Positions 30,101 to 38,993 of a DNA stretch of 64,000 bases are shown here, piece after piece. The stretch is from positions 162 through 64,161 of the forward strand of contig DHXN01000011.1 of assembly GCA_002413705.1 (NCBI GenBank), in the 5' to 3' direction. The notes beneath the pieces were generated by a model. That model searched no databases, was not told the DNA's origin, and worked only from the letters and a program-made list of their open reading frames with translations. Within the stretch, counting starts at the first letter, position 1; each line of letters starts with the position of its first letter. The position numbers were made by a program, and so were the translations under genes. This DNA is from Candidatus Nomurabacteria bacterium UBA5155. Lineage in GTDB: Bacteria; Patescibacteriota; Minisyncoccia; Phycocordibacterales; UBA9973.

Positions 30101-30283
30101 TTAGAAACTAAGCACTTGCTGAAAGAATTGTAACAGAAAATGCTTATTCTTTGTAGGTTTGTGTCGTCCAAAAGAACGTGACAACGAAAGCAATGAAAAA
30201 GAAGTGCGGTCATTGTCGTAACTTAATCGCTCAAGACGACTAAGTTCATTTTTGAGAGTGAGCTGGAATGGAGTGGTTTTCAT
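30101..30283 (-). CDS. Small hypothetical protein (60 aa) in the lexA operon
   Basis: ATGA overlap with the upstream ORF; hydrophobic amphipathic C-terminus. Confidence 0.6.
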   Translation of the reverse strand: MKTTPFQLTLKNELSRLERLSYDNDRTSFSLLSLSRSFGRHKPTKNKHFLLQFFQQVLSF

Positions 30284-30468
30284 GCAAATACTCGGCCGAA
30301 GAAACCTCCTTTTTGATCATACTTTTGAGCGCGAAGCTTTCGAAGCAACATACGATGCTTTTGAGCCTCTGCCATGTATTGCTGCCCGCTGACAATCTTT
30401 GCGTCGATACGCTCATTTAATGTATGTATCTGACGTTCTAGTGTTGTGATGTATTGATTTTTTGACAT
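30280..30468 (-). CDS. Small coiled-coil protein (62 aa) with amphipathic tail, first gene of the lexA operon
   Basis: First ORF after the SOS-box promoter; tail KGGFFGRVFA. Confidence 0.7.
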   Translation of the reverse strand: MSKNQYITTLERQIHTLNERIDAKIVSGQQYMAEAQKHRMLLRKLRAQKYDQKGGFFGRVFA

Positions 30469-30510
30469 ATATATTCTAAATAATTACTCCTCTTGTAACT
30501 TCTTTAGTAT

Positions 30511-30530
30511 ATGTGAACGAACGTTCACAT
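30511..30530 (-). promoter_or_regulatory. LexA (SOS) box GAAC-N4-GTTC in the promoter spacer
   Basis: ATGTGAAC-GAAC-GTTCACAT; on the minus strand it lies within TTGCAT-N17-TATACT upstream of the lexA operon. Confidence 0.8.
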
Positions 30531-30556
30531 GCAAGCAAATACTTGTGGATAACTAT

Positions 30557-31180
30557 TTACCTAGTCTTTATTTCCTCTTTAGCTAAATTGTTGATGATTT
30601 TCTTCCAAAATAATGCTACCCCAAGTGCAATAGCAAGGAAAAACACAATACTAAAATTACCAATAAGATCATTTACTGCCTGCCAACTGTCACCGAACAG
30701 ATATCCCACCATTGCATAGAAAAATGTGTCAGCAAATGCACCCATCGCTTCAAATAACAGAAACTTTCTATAGCGAACATTTCCCATGCCGCAAATCAGA
30801 TTGGTGGTCAGTGTCGCAATCACTTCAAAGCGAGTGATGAAAATAATAAAACCTGGTCGTTTATTGATTCTTTTTTCAATCAAGATGAAATTCCTTGATG
30901 TTAAAATCTTTTTAAGAAATCCTACTCGATACAATAACTTTTTTCCATATATTCGCGCTAACCAAAATGACAGGTTGTCCCCCGCCATGTTTGCAATTGT
31001 GACAACAATAATCAGTACGACAATATTAAAATACCCCTGACTGGCGAAAGCGGCAGATGCAACAAGCAATGTTCCGGCAGGGATTGGAATAGCCAGCGCC
31101 GCTAAAAAGGTAATGACGAACAATGCTGTATATTTATAGAGCAAGATGTACGGCAGTATTGTTTGCGCCAAGAAGCTCAT
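30557..31180 (-). CDS. DedA family membrane protein
   Basis: IPIPAGTLLV, GDNLSFWLARIYG, FITRF, VGYLFG. Confidence 0.88.
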   Translation of the reverse strand: MSFLAQTILPYILLYKYTALFVITFLAALAIPIPAGTLLVASAAFASQGYFNIVVLIIVVTIANMAGDNLSFWLARIYGKKLLYRVGFLKKILTSRNFILIEKRINKRPGFIIFITRFEVIATLTTNLICGMGNVRYRKFLLFEAMGAFADTFFYAMVGYLFGDSWQAVNDLIGNFSIVFFLAIALGVALFWKKIINNLAKEEIKTR

Positions 31181-31181
31181 G

Positions 31182-31571
31182 TTATTTATTGGTGTAGCTA
31201 GTGATAACCTGCTTAACACCAGTGAAGAAAACAGTTGAGTTTAATTTGTGCCGCTTGATATAGGTATCAATGCGAATATTGGGGTATGAAGGGTCAATAA
31301 TACCGAGACCGTTCTGAAGATATGATGCGGGCATGTTGAATACCACATTGAGATAGTTGAATGTCATCCACGGCTGGATAGTGTCTATTGTCACACGATG
31401 ATTGACGCGCTCTGAACCATGTATACTGTATATAGGATGTAACTCGCCCGCTTTATAGATTTTTTTAAAGGTGGCGGTAAACGAAATGATTGAAGCAAGA
31501 CAAATGAGTGCTAAAATAGCGACTCCTAGTATCTTTAGAACCTTCTTTTGCTCATGGCTAATGGTATACAT
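31182..31571 (-). CDS. Membrane-anchored hypothetical protein
   Basis: N-terminal TM; IQPWMTFNYLN motif; adjacent to dedA. Confidence 0.65.
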   Translation of the reverse strand: MYTISHEQKKVLKILGVAILALICLASIISFTATFKKIYKAGELHPIYSIHGSERVNHRVTIDTIQPWMTFNYLNVVFNMPASYLQNGLGIIDPSYPNIRIDTYIKRHKLNSTVFFTGVKQVITSYTNK

Positions 31572-31598
31572 ACCGGGCTAGTATAACATTTCTAGACC

Positions 31599-31631
31599 AA
31601 AAACTTCTCTTACTGAGTAAGAGAAGTTTTT
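31599..31631 (-). terminator. Intrinsic terminator
   Basis: AAAAACTTCTCTTACT-G-AGTAAGAGAAGTTTTT. Confidence 0.75.
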
Positions 31632-31743
31632 GTGAGAAAACTGTCATTTATATTTATTTTTTTGAGGTACGGTAATTGTAATGATTGTGTATAATATTTT
31701 TTTAAGGCTAGGCGAATAATAATTCAATCACTCTTCAATCATG

Positions 31744-32079
31744 TTATTCTATTGTGTTTGGGGCTGTTATGCCCGCGTGTTGTAAAAGTATTTGTGCCTG
31801 ACTGTCTTTGCCCACTTCGTGAAGTGCGCGTGCAGCCACAAGGGCATCAAACTGTTCTTGTGTTATTGCTTGGGCTCCCGGTCTTCCTTTTATAGCAGAG
31901 GCAAAAGCATTGTAGTCGTCATCTTCAATGGTTTTACCAAGTACTTCATGTAATACGGGCACGCTCATGTGTTGTACCCACTCTGGTGGCTGTGCTGCAT
32001 AACTTGTAGCAGCAATCACTCCAGCTGATGCAATCCCCAGAAGCCCCGAAAGCAATATTTTTCGTGTTGCTACCGTCAT
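31744..32079 (-). CDS. Hypothetical secreted protein
   Basis: Signal peptide (...AATSYA); downstream of the ECF/anti-sigma pair. Confidence 0.65.
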   Translation of the reverse strand: MTVATRKILLSGLLGIASAGVIAATSYAAQPPEWVQHMSVPVLHEVLGKTIEDDDYNAFASAIKGRPGAQAITQEQFDALVAARALHEVGKDSQAQILLQHAGITAPNTIE

Positions 32080-32126
32080 TACGTTTAACTTTTGTGCAAA
32101 TTACTAATAAGTGGAATCACTCCACT

Positions 32127-32597
32127 CTAATTTATACGTAGCGTGGAATAATTTCTTTCAAAAAAATCATTTTGATGTTCTGTCGGGTATCGATAATATG
32201 TTTTCATGTTGTTATCGTTGGCATCTTGGGTAATTGCATAAAAAAGCAGTCCTAATATGATGCTACTGGCAACACTGATCAATAACAATTGCAAGGTAGT
32301 ATGGCGATAGCCGCTATGGGTTTTGCGCAGCAGGGATATTGTAATCATCGAAAACAACATAAATGAGATAACCCAAAGTAATGGAATAGCCGCGATTAAA
32401 AACAGAGGATTTGGATGAGGATGTAATACTCCGTATAAAAGCCCTGCAACAGTGTATGCACCGAGTAGTGTGGTAATAATGCCTGGCACCCAAAAAAGAC
32501 TGTTACGCAAGGTGAAATACCATGTCGGGCGTGGTGTTACCCTCTGGCTTTCGATAGCCGTCAATATTTTTTCAGTTGTGTCAGTTGTTGGTTTCAT
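32127..32597 (-). CDS. Putative membrane anti-sigma factor
   Basis: Overlaps the ECF sigma stop; 3 TM segments. Confidence 0.6.
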   Translation of the reverse strand: MKPTTDTTEKILTAIESQRVTPRPTWYFTLRNSLFWVPGIITTLLGAYTVAGLLYGVLHPHPNPLFLIAAIPLLWVISFMLFSMITISLLRKTHSGYRHTTLQLLLISVASSIILGLLFYAITQDANDNNMKTYYRYPTEHQNDFFERNYSTLRIN

Positions 32598-33159
32598 AGT
32601 CTTTGAGGGCTTGTTGTAATTGCTTTTTTGCTCGATTGATTCGCACTGCTACCGTGCCGGATGGGATTTTTAGAATATCGGCGATCTCCTCGTATGATTT
32701 TTCTTCGAAGAATCGCAGTAGCAGGATTTCTTTGTATTTCTCGCCTAACGTGTTAAGTGTTTTAATAATGTACTGTTTTTGTTCATCATGACTGAAACGA
32801 GCGGTCATATCTTCTTCAGTGATCAATTTTGAGACAATATCTTGAGCCTCATCATCGAGCGAGAGTGTCGCCCGCCGTTTTTCTCGGCGATACCAATCAA
32901 TCATCTCATTATGAGCAATACGGTAGATCCATGAAGAAAATAACAACGAGGTATCGTATTCATTGATGTTTCGATACACCTTGATGAAAATATTCTGCAA
33001 TAAATCATCAATATCATCACTCGTCGCCAAAGAACGCCGCTTGATATACTTCGTTAGTTTTGGCACATAGCGCTCCACAAGCACAGCAAAGTGTTTTTGA
33101 TCCTTCTTGCACTCAATGACCAATGCCTCATCAGTAAAATCATCAGTGTTTGGCGGCAT
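32581..33159 (-). CDS. ECF-type RNA polymerase sigma factor (SigW-like)
   Basis: DDLLQNIFIKVY, FSSWIYRIAHN, SYEEIADILKIPSGTVAVRINRAK. Confidence 0.92.
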   Translation of the reverse strand: MPPNTDDFTDEALVIECKKDQKHFAVLVERYVPKLTKYIKRRSLATSDDIDDLLQNIFIKVYRNINEYDTSLLFSSWIYRIAHNEMIDWYRREKRRATLSLDDEAQDIVSKLITEEDMTARFSHDEQKQYIIKTLNTLGEKYKEILLLRFFEEKSYEEIADILKIPSGTVAVRINRAKKQLQQALKDYETNN

Positions 33160-33213
33160 TCTCTTATTATACGCTTATTCATCTCAAAATCTTACTTATG
33201 ATATACTGCTGCC

Positions 33214-33666
33214 ATGAATAGTAAAAAAGTTTTGATCAGTCTGGCAACGGTTGTTGCTGTTGCTGCAGGTATTATCGGCATTTCATCAAGTAGTCACAAC
33301 AATAGTGTAAGTACTACTCCTGTTCCTGTGGCGGATACACCCACTATATCAAAGACAAATGCAACACAGAAATATAAAGACGGTTCATACACAGCCACTG
33401 GATCATATAGATCACCAGGCGGTATCGACAATGTCGGCGTAACCGTGACGTTGAAAAAAGATATTGTAACTAATGTATCAATAACACCAATGCCTCACGA
33501 CTCGACTTCATCGACCTATCAACATCTGTTTTTGGGCGGTTATCAATCACTGGTTGTTGGTAAGAGTATTGATAGTATTAAACTCGGTGCTGTTTCCGGT
33601 TCTTCTCTGACCGGCATTGGTTTCAATGATGCTATTACTCAGATCAAGGCACAAGCTAGAATATAG
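33214..33666 (+). CDS. Secreted FMN-binding domain protein
   Basis: N-terminal TM, YKDGSYTATG, AVSGSSLT flavinylation-like motif; upstream of apbE. Confidence 0.75.
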   Translation: MNSKKVLISLATVVAVAAGIIGISSSSHNNSVSTTPVPVADTPTISKTNATQKYKDGSYTATGSYRSPGGIDNVGVTVTLKKDIVTNVSITPMPHDSTSSTYQHLFLGGYQSLVVGKSIDSIKLGAVSGSSLTGIGFNDAITQIKAQARI

Positions 33667-33671
33667 TCACT

Positions 33672-34544
33672 ATGAACGAGAGCTTTGATTTTAAGGCTAT
33701 CGGCACATCATGGCATATTGAATTCAATATCTCTGAATCAATTGCGACTGAAAAAATAATCTTGCTCGTCAAAGATCGCATTGAACTCTTTGAACAACAC
33801 TATTCTCGCTTTCGCGAGGATTCTTTCGTTGGGCGTATTGCGCAACAGGCGGGTGTGTACGAACTGCCCGCGGATGCGGAAAACATGCTCGCTCTGTATC
33901 GTAGGCTGTACGACATTACTGAGGGAAAAGTAACACCACTGATTGGTGAAGTATTGGTAGCCGTCGGGTATGATAAAGACTATTCGCTCACCCCTCAACA
34001 AGACATCAAAAAAGCGCCATTATGGGATGATGTAATGAGCTACAATGCACCGTTATTGACCGCACAACGCCCGCTACAGCTCGACTTTGGTGCATTGGGT
34101 AAAGGATACATTGTAGATATTATTGCTGCTCTATTTCAAATATATGACATACGAGACTATATGATCAATGCCGGCGGAGATATTGCGTATAGTACCACTA
34201 TACAAAACGTTTTTAGTGTCGGTTTGGAAGATCCGGCAGATCAAACCAAGATAATTGGCGTGGCGGAACTGATCAATAAAAGTATTGCCGGTTCATCTGG
34301 TAACCGTCGCGCATGGAATAAATATCACCATATTATTGACCCGGAACTTGTTGAATCCCCTCGCCATATTGCCGCAGTGTGGGTCGTGGCGGATACCACA
34401 CTTCTGGCAGATGCACTCACCACGGCACTCTTTTTCACAACGCCAGAAATATTGAAACAGTATTTTGATTTTGAACATGTCATTGTCTACAATGATCGCT
34501 CTGCGCAAAAATCTGACAATTTTCCCGGTATGTTATACTCGTAA
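33672..34544 (+). CDS. apbE: FAD:protein FMN transferase
   Basis: AIGT, YSRFREDS, LDFGALGKGY, INAGGD, HHIIDP, ADALTTALF. Confidence 0.9.
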   Translation: MNESFDFKAIGTSWHIEFNISESIATEKIILLVKDRIELFEQHYSRFREDSFVGRIAQQAGVYELPADAENMLALYRRLYDITEGKVTPLIGEVLVAVGYDKDYSLTPQQDIKKAPLWDDVMSYNAPLLTAQRPLQLDFGALGKGYIVDIIAALFQIYDIRDYMINAGGDIAYSTTIQNVFSVGLEDPADQTKIIGVAELINKSIAGSSGNRRAWNKYHHIIDPELVESPRHIAAVWVVADTTLLADALTTALFFTTPEILKQYFDFEHVIVYNDRSAQKSDNFPGMLYS

Positions 34545-34545
34545 C

Positions 34546-34926
34546 ATGATGAAACAATATGCATCCACTATTCTTCGCATTGGTCTGGCCGGGGTATTTC
34601 TTTGGTTCGGAATAAATCAAATCATCGATCCGTCAGCGTGGTTTGGATATATTCCGCAATCAATTGTTAGTTTAACAGGCATGACTGTCGCTACCCTTGT
34701 GCACTACAATGCACTCTTTGAAATACTCGCCGGCACTATGTTGCTATTGGGGCTATTCACTCGCGTTGTGGCATTTATTCTTTTCTTGCACATTCTCGAT
34801 ATCTCGTTGGTTGTTGGACTAAATGACAGTATTGGCATTCGCGATCTTGGACTCAGTGTTGCTACCTTTGTCATCTTTCTCAATGGAATGGATACGTGGA
34901 CGCTGGATCGGTATATAAGAAGCTAG
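34546..34926 (+). CDS. DoxX family membrane protein
   Basis: LRIGLAGVFLWFG, EILAGTMLLLGLFTR, RDLGL; TGTTATACT-N6-ATG. Confidence 0.85.
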   Translation: MMKQYASTILRIGLAGVFLWFGINQIIDPSAWFGYIPQSIVSLTGMTVATLVHYNALFEILAGTMLLLGLFTRVVAFILFLHILDISLVVGLNDSIGIRDLGLSVATFVIFLNGMDTWTLDRYIRS

Positions 34927-37380
34927 TAAAACTTTGATCAGGTCAATACTAAAGAAGTACAGAATCATTGTCACAAGAATGGTAATTACTGCCGACAGTG
35001 GCAATGCGGTGAAATGAAACCAATGTTGAAAGATAGGAATATAAATGACTACCAATGCTCCGACAAACGCCAAAAAAAATGAAACATTGAGAAGTAGTGA
35101 TGGACGTTTGGCATTCCAGAAGAAGCCTTTGTTACGAAGCGCATAGAACACAATAAGCGCGATAAATGTAAAGAATATATAGAGGCTGGTTTGTATCACA
35201 ATGACTGACTGATAACGAATGATTGCAAAATACAGCAATTCAAATGCGGCGGTAGGAATACCGAATACTAGTGACACGAGTAGCAGTTGTTTTGATTGTT
35301 GTTTTTCCGGCTTGACTACATCACTATCCTCAACAGTATCAGAATAAATGGTGATAAGTGGCAGGTCAGTTAAAACATTGGTAAACAAAATTTGAATCGG
35401 TAAGAGCGGCAAATTTTTTGAAAAAAGGTACAGTGCGGCGAGTGCCACAAATGTGCCAAAATTACTGACCATGGTGTACGTGATATATTTATTGATATTT
35501 ACAAAAATCGTGCGGCCATATTTGATGCCGTTGATGATCACTTCCAAATCTTTATTAAGCAGCACGATATCGGCATTTTCTTTGGCGATATCAGTTGCTG
35601 AGTTGACCGCAATCGCCACATCGGCCAACTTCAGTGCTGGTGCATCATTGATGCCGTCACCTTGATAGCCAACAACAAAATTTTCCTTTAATACCTTGAT
35701 AATGTTGTATTTTTGCGTTGGTGATACTCGCGCAAAGACATTGCACGCCATCACAGCAGTCTTAAATGCTTGTGGTGACATTGCTTCAAGCTCATCACCC
35801 AAATAAACGATATCGCCATCTTTGACCAGGCCAACCTGTGTGCCGATATAGTGAGCCACCTCTTTGCTATCCCCTGTCAGAATTTTGATTTGTATACCGA
35901 GCGCTTCAGCATGTTCAATCGTTGTTTTAGCACTTTCACGCAATGGGTCAGTCAAGCTGACATAGCCGAGAAATTGCAGATCATATTCGTCGGCCAGCAT
36001 GTCATAACTGTCGGAATAGCTGCTGATTTGTTTGTATGCCAGAGAAATATGATGCAGACCTGTGCTGCCTTCTTGAGAAATTATTTTTAACACATCTTCT
36101 TTTTTTGTGTCATTGGTGAGATTTAAAAGAATTTCCGGAGCGCCAATAATTATTAAAAAATACTGATCAGTTTTTGTATGGTGCAATACCACTCGTCGGC
36201 GTTTGTCATCAGGATCAAATGGTAATTCTTTCACTATAGAATAATCAGCGGCTTTAGCTTCCAGTTCTTTTGAAACATACTGAATGAATGCATCATCATA
36301 TGAATTTGGCATCCTATGTTTTCTATTCTTTAAGACAGCGATTGTGGCGTAGGAAAAAATTTGAAAAAGGTCTGTATCACTCGACTCAATATGTTGAATA
36401 ACCATTTTATTTTCGGTGATGGTGCCCGTCTTATCAGTGCAAAGCATAGTGATATTACCGAGATCTTCGACAGAAGACAGTCGCTTCACCACCACATGCT
36501 TCTTGGCTAATTTCAAAGCGCCACTGGAAAGCGATACTGTCGCAATCACCGGCAACACTTCCGGTACCACTGCAATCGCCATTGAGATCACAAAAAGCAA
36601 AAGGTCAGTGATTGGCAATTGTCCTTTTGCGATTAGTACCTTGGCCACAAACACTACAATCAATGCCGCTACCACAATTTTGATCAGCATCGAGCTAAAA
36701 CTTTTTAATGACTTTTCATATTCAGTCTCTTTCCTCGTGTTTATCGATAGGGCCACAATAGATCCAAACTCTGTTTCAGCTCCGGTTGCATAAACTACAC
36801 CGACTGCCTCGCCTTTTCCAACCGTGCTGCCGGTGAAAATCAAATCCCCATTTTTCTTTGTGACAGGCATTGATTCACCGGTCAGTGTTGACTCATCAAC
36901 TTGCACATTATCAGCTTCAAACAATCTCATATCGGCAGGAGCAATGTCACCTTCGCGCAAAATCAACACATCTCCGGGAACAATCTCTGTCTCGTCCAAC
37001 AGAGATATCACGCCATTGCGCTTCACACGCACAATCTTGGTGATAAATCGCGAAAGCTTTTCAATGATTTTTTCTGATTTGAATTCTTGGAAAAATCCAA
37101 GCAGTGTATTTAAAAGCAAGATCGCCAAAATAACCGTTCCATCCGAGTAATCTTTGATGCTGTATGAAATAAGACTGGCGATGACGAGCAGGTACACCAG
37201 AGTATTTTGAAATTGCCGTCCAAGCACAGAAAATGCGCTCACGGTTTTTTGCGGGAGCGCATTTCTGCCGTACACGCCAAAACGGCTACTGGCTTCTTGT
37301 GTAGTCAGGCCGTTTTGAGAAGAATGTAGTGTCGCAAATAACTGATCCAGATCACTGGCAACAACATCTTTTTTTAGCAT
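34819..37380 (-). CDS. P-type cation-transporting ATPase (MgtA/Ca-type)
   Basis: TGES, VPEVLP, DKTGT, TGD, GDGINDAPAL. Confidence 0.92.
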   Translation of the reverse strand: MLKKDVVASDLDQLFATLHSSQNGLTTQEASSRFGVYGRNALPQKTVSAFSVLGRQFQNTLVYLLVIASLISYSIKDYSDGTVILAILLLNTLLGFFQEFKSEKIIEKLSRFITKIVRVKRNGVISLLDETEIVPGDVLILREGDIAPADMRLFEADNVQVDESTLTGESMPVTKKNGDLIFTGSTVGKGEAVGVVYATGAETEFGSIVALSINTRKETEYEKSLKSFSSMLIKIVVAALIVVFVAKVLIAKGQLPITDLLLFVISMAIAVVPEVLPVIATVSLSSGALKLAKKHVVVKRLSSVEDLGNITMLCTDKTGTITENKMVIQHIESSDTDLFQIFSYATIAVLKNRKHRMPNSYDDAFIQYVSKELEAKAADYSIVKELPFDPDDKRRRVVLHHTKTDQYFLIIIGAPEILLNLTNDTKKEDVLKIISQEGSTGLHHISLAYKQISSYSDSYDMLADEYDLQFLGYVSLTDPLRESAKTTIEHAEALGIQIKILTGDSKEVAHYIGTQVGLVKDGDIVYLGDELEAMSPQAFKTAVMACNVFARVSPTQKYNIIKVLKENFVVGYQGDGINDAPALKLADVAIAVNSATDIAKENADIVLLNKDLEVIINGIKYGRTIFVNINKYITYTMVSNFGTFVALAALYLFSKNLPLLPIQILFTNVLTDLPLITIYSDTVEDSDVVKPEKQQSKQLLLVSLVFGIPTAAFELLYFAIIRYQSVIVIQTSLYIFFTFIALIVFYALRNKGFFWNAKRPSLLLNVSFFLAFVGALVVIYIPIFQHWFHFTALPLSAVITILVTMILYFFSIDLIKVLLASYIPIQRPRIHSIEKDDKGSNTESKIANANTVI

Positions 37381-37495
37381 ATACTCTAGTATATCAGAGT
37401 GTTTTCAATCCTGAACGAATTGAAGCAATATTTTTTCGTGCAGCGGTAAGGTCAGCACTATTGATGAAATAAAGAGTTTTTTCATGATTAATTTT

Positions 37496-37969
37496 TTATT
37501 CCACCGACACACTGTTGATCACCACCGCCTCTAGTGGTCGATCTGAACCGTTTACTGCAGTAGTTTCAATATTTTTTACCACATCCATACCGTCAACAAT
37601 TTTGCCAAACACTGTGTGCTTGGTATCAAGAAATACATTGTCATTGGTATTGATAAAAAATTGACTGCCATTAGTGTTAGGGCCTGAGTTAGCCATGGAA
37701 ATAGTGCCGGTAATATTATTATTTTCTGGATGAATTTCATCTGCAAATGCATATCCCGGTCCGCCAGTTCCCCACATACCCATCTGGCTATCATCTTTAG
37801 TCAATGGATCACCACCTTGAATCATAAATCCTTCAATCACGCGATGAAATTTCACCCCATCATAAAAACCTTCTTTGGCTAACTTGATAAAATTTGCCGC
37901 AGTGTTTGGTGTTTGCTCGCTAAATTTAATAATAATATTTCCTTTGTTTGTATGTAATGTTGTTTTCAT
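37496..37969 (-). CDS. Cyclophilin-type peptidyl-prolyl isomerase
   Basis: FHRVIEGFMIQGGDP, SMANSGPNTNGSQFFI, HTVFG. Confidence 0.95.
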   Translation of the reverse strand: MKTTLHTNKGNIIIKFSEQTPNTAANFIKLAKEGFYDGVKFHRVIEGFMIQGGDPLTKDDSQMGMWGTGGPGYAFADEIHPENNNITGTISMANSGPNTNGSQFFINTNDNVFLDTKHTVFGKIVDGMDVVKNIETTAVNGSDRPLEAVVINSVSVE

Positions 37970-38081
37970 AGTTCTAGTATATCAAAAAATTATAAAGATT
38001 TTGCGGGACTTATTCAGGTTTTAATTGGTTATTTAGTAAGCATTTTCGTATAATAATCTCATAATAATTTTATATTTTTTT

Positions 38082-38756
38082 ATGCGAATCCTTATTATTG
38101 AAGATGACACTGACACGCAAGAGTTTTTGGAAGACAGATTGAAAGCAAAAGGAGTTGCAGTGGATTGCGCCAGCACAGGCACTCGCGGTATTTATCTTGC
38201 CCAAATGAATGACTATGATGTGATATTGCTTGATCATGGATTGCCGGAGAAAAATGGTTTTATTGTTTGCGAAGAAATTCGTGCCAGTGGTAAAAACACT
38301 CCAATCATTATGATTTCGGTCAGTGATGCGGTGAGTTATAAAATTAGAGGACTGACAATCGGCGCAGATGACTACGTGACCAAACCGTTTTCTTTTGAAG
38401 AAGTGTATGCGCGAATAGAGGCGGTACTTCGTCGTCCCAATAAAGTACAGAGCAAAATACTTACTATTGATGATTTGGTATTGGATATCACGAAACAAAT
38501 CGTCACTCGTGATAGTAAGCCGATTTATCTGACACGTAAAGAGTTTGCCGTGCTTGAATATTTGCTCAAACACAAAAGTCAGGTCATCACGCGCGGCATG
38601 CTGATGGAGCATGTCTGGGACGTCAGTCTTGATCCATTTTCCAACACTATTGAAACGCATATTTTGAATGTCCGTCGCAAAATAGAGACACCCGATAAGT
38701 TGAAGTTGATTCATAGTGTTTCCGGACGAGGCTACAAGATCGATCTTGAGAAATAA
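38082..38756 (+). CDS. OmpR/PhoB family response regulator
   Basis: IIEDD, LLDHGLP, GADDYVTKPF, winged helix LTRKEF...GRGYKI. Confidence 0.93.
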   Translation: MRILIIEDDTDTQEFLEDRLKAKGVAVDCASTGTRGIYLAQMNDYDVILLDHGLPEKNGFIVCEEIRASGKNTPIIMISVSDAVSYKIRGLTIGADDYVTKPFSFEEVYARIEAVLRRPNKVQSKILTIDDLVLDITKQIVTRDSKPIYLTRKEFAVLEYLLKHKSQVITRGMLMEHVWDVSLDPFSNTIETHILNVRRKIETPDKLKLIHSVSGRGYKIDLEK

Positions 38757-38858
38757 TTTATCAAAACTTTGGATATATTTGACCATCTATTATTTATACT
38801 AAAGATGAGCTATAGTAATCGAATAGCTCAACATTAGACCTACTAATCTTATATATCT

Positions 38859-38966
38859 ATGAAAAAAATAATGGAAACCCTACTCACCACACCAGAGGCT
38901 CGTGACGAAGCGTCAGCGAAAAACAGTGCCTACGAGCAAACCACTTTCACCCCTTGGGCTGACTAA
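38859..38966 (+). CDS. ComX-like peptide pheromone/RiPP precursor (35 aa; below the ORF-track cutoff)
   Basis: MKKIMETLLTTPEARDEASAKNSAYEQTTFTPWAD; Trp third from the C-terminus; lies between the RR and HK, upstream of a prenyltransferase. Confidence 0.7.
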   Translation: MKKIMETLLTTPEARDEASAKNSAYEQTTFTPWAD

Positions 38967-38993
38967 ACATAGTCCGCATCTCTCCTACATACC

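Noticed and set aside
32080-33200. Shared GTAA-N17/18-CGTA motif upstream of the ECF sigma and the 31744-32079 gene as an ECF promoter
   Set aside because: The spacing differs, and in one case CGTA abuts the ATG; two short AT-rich matches are insufficient.
38070-38786. 238-aa minus-strand ORF
   Set aside because: Antisense shadow of the response regulator; no motifs of its own.
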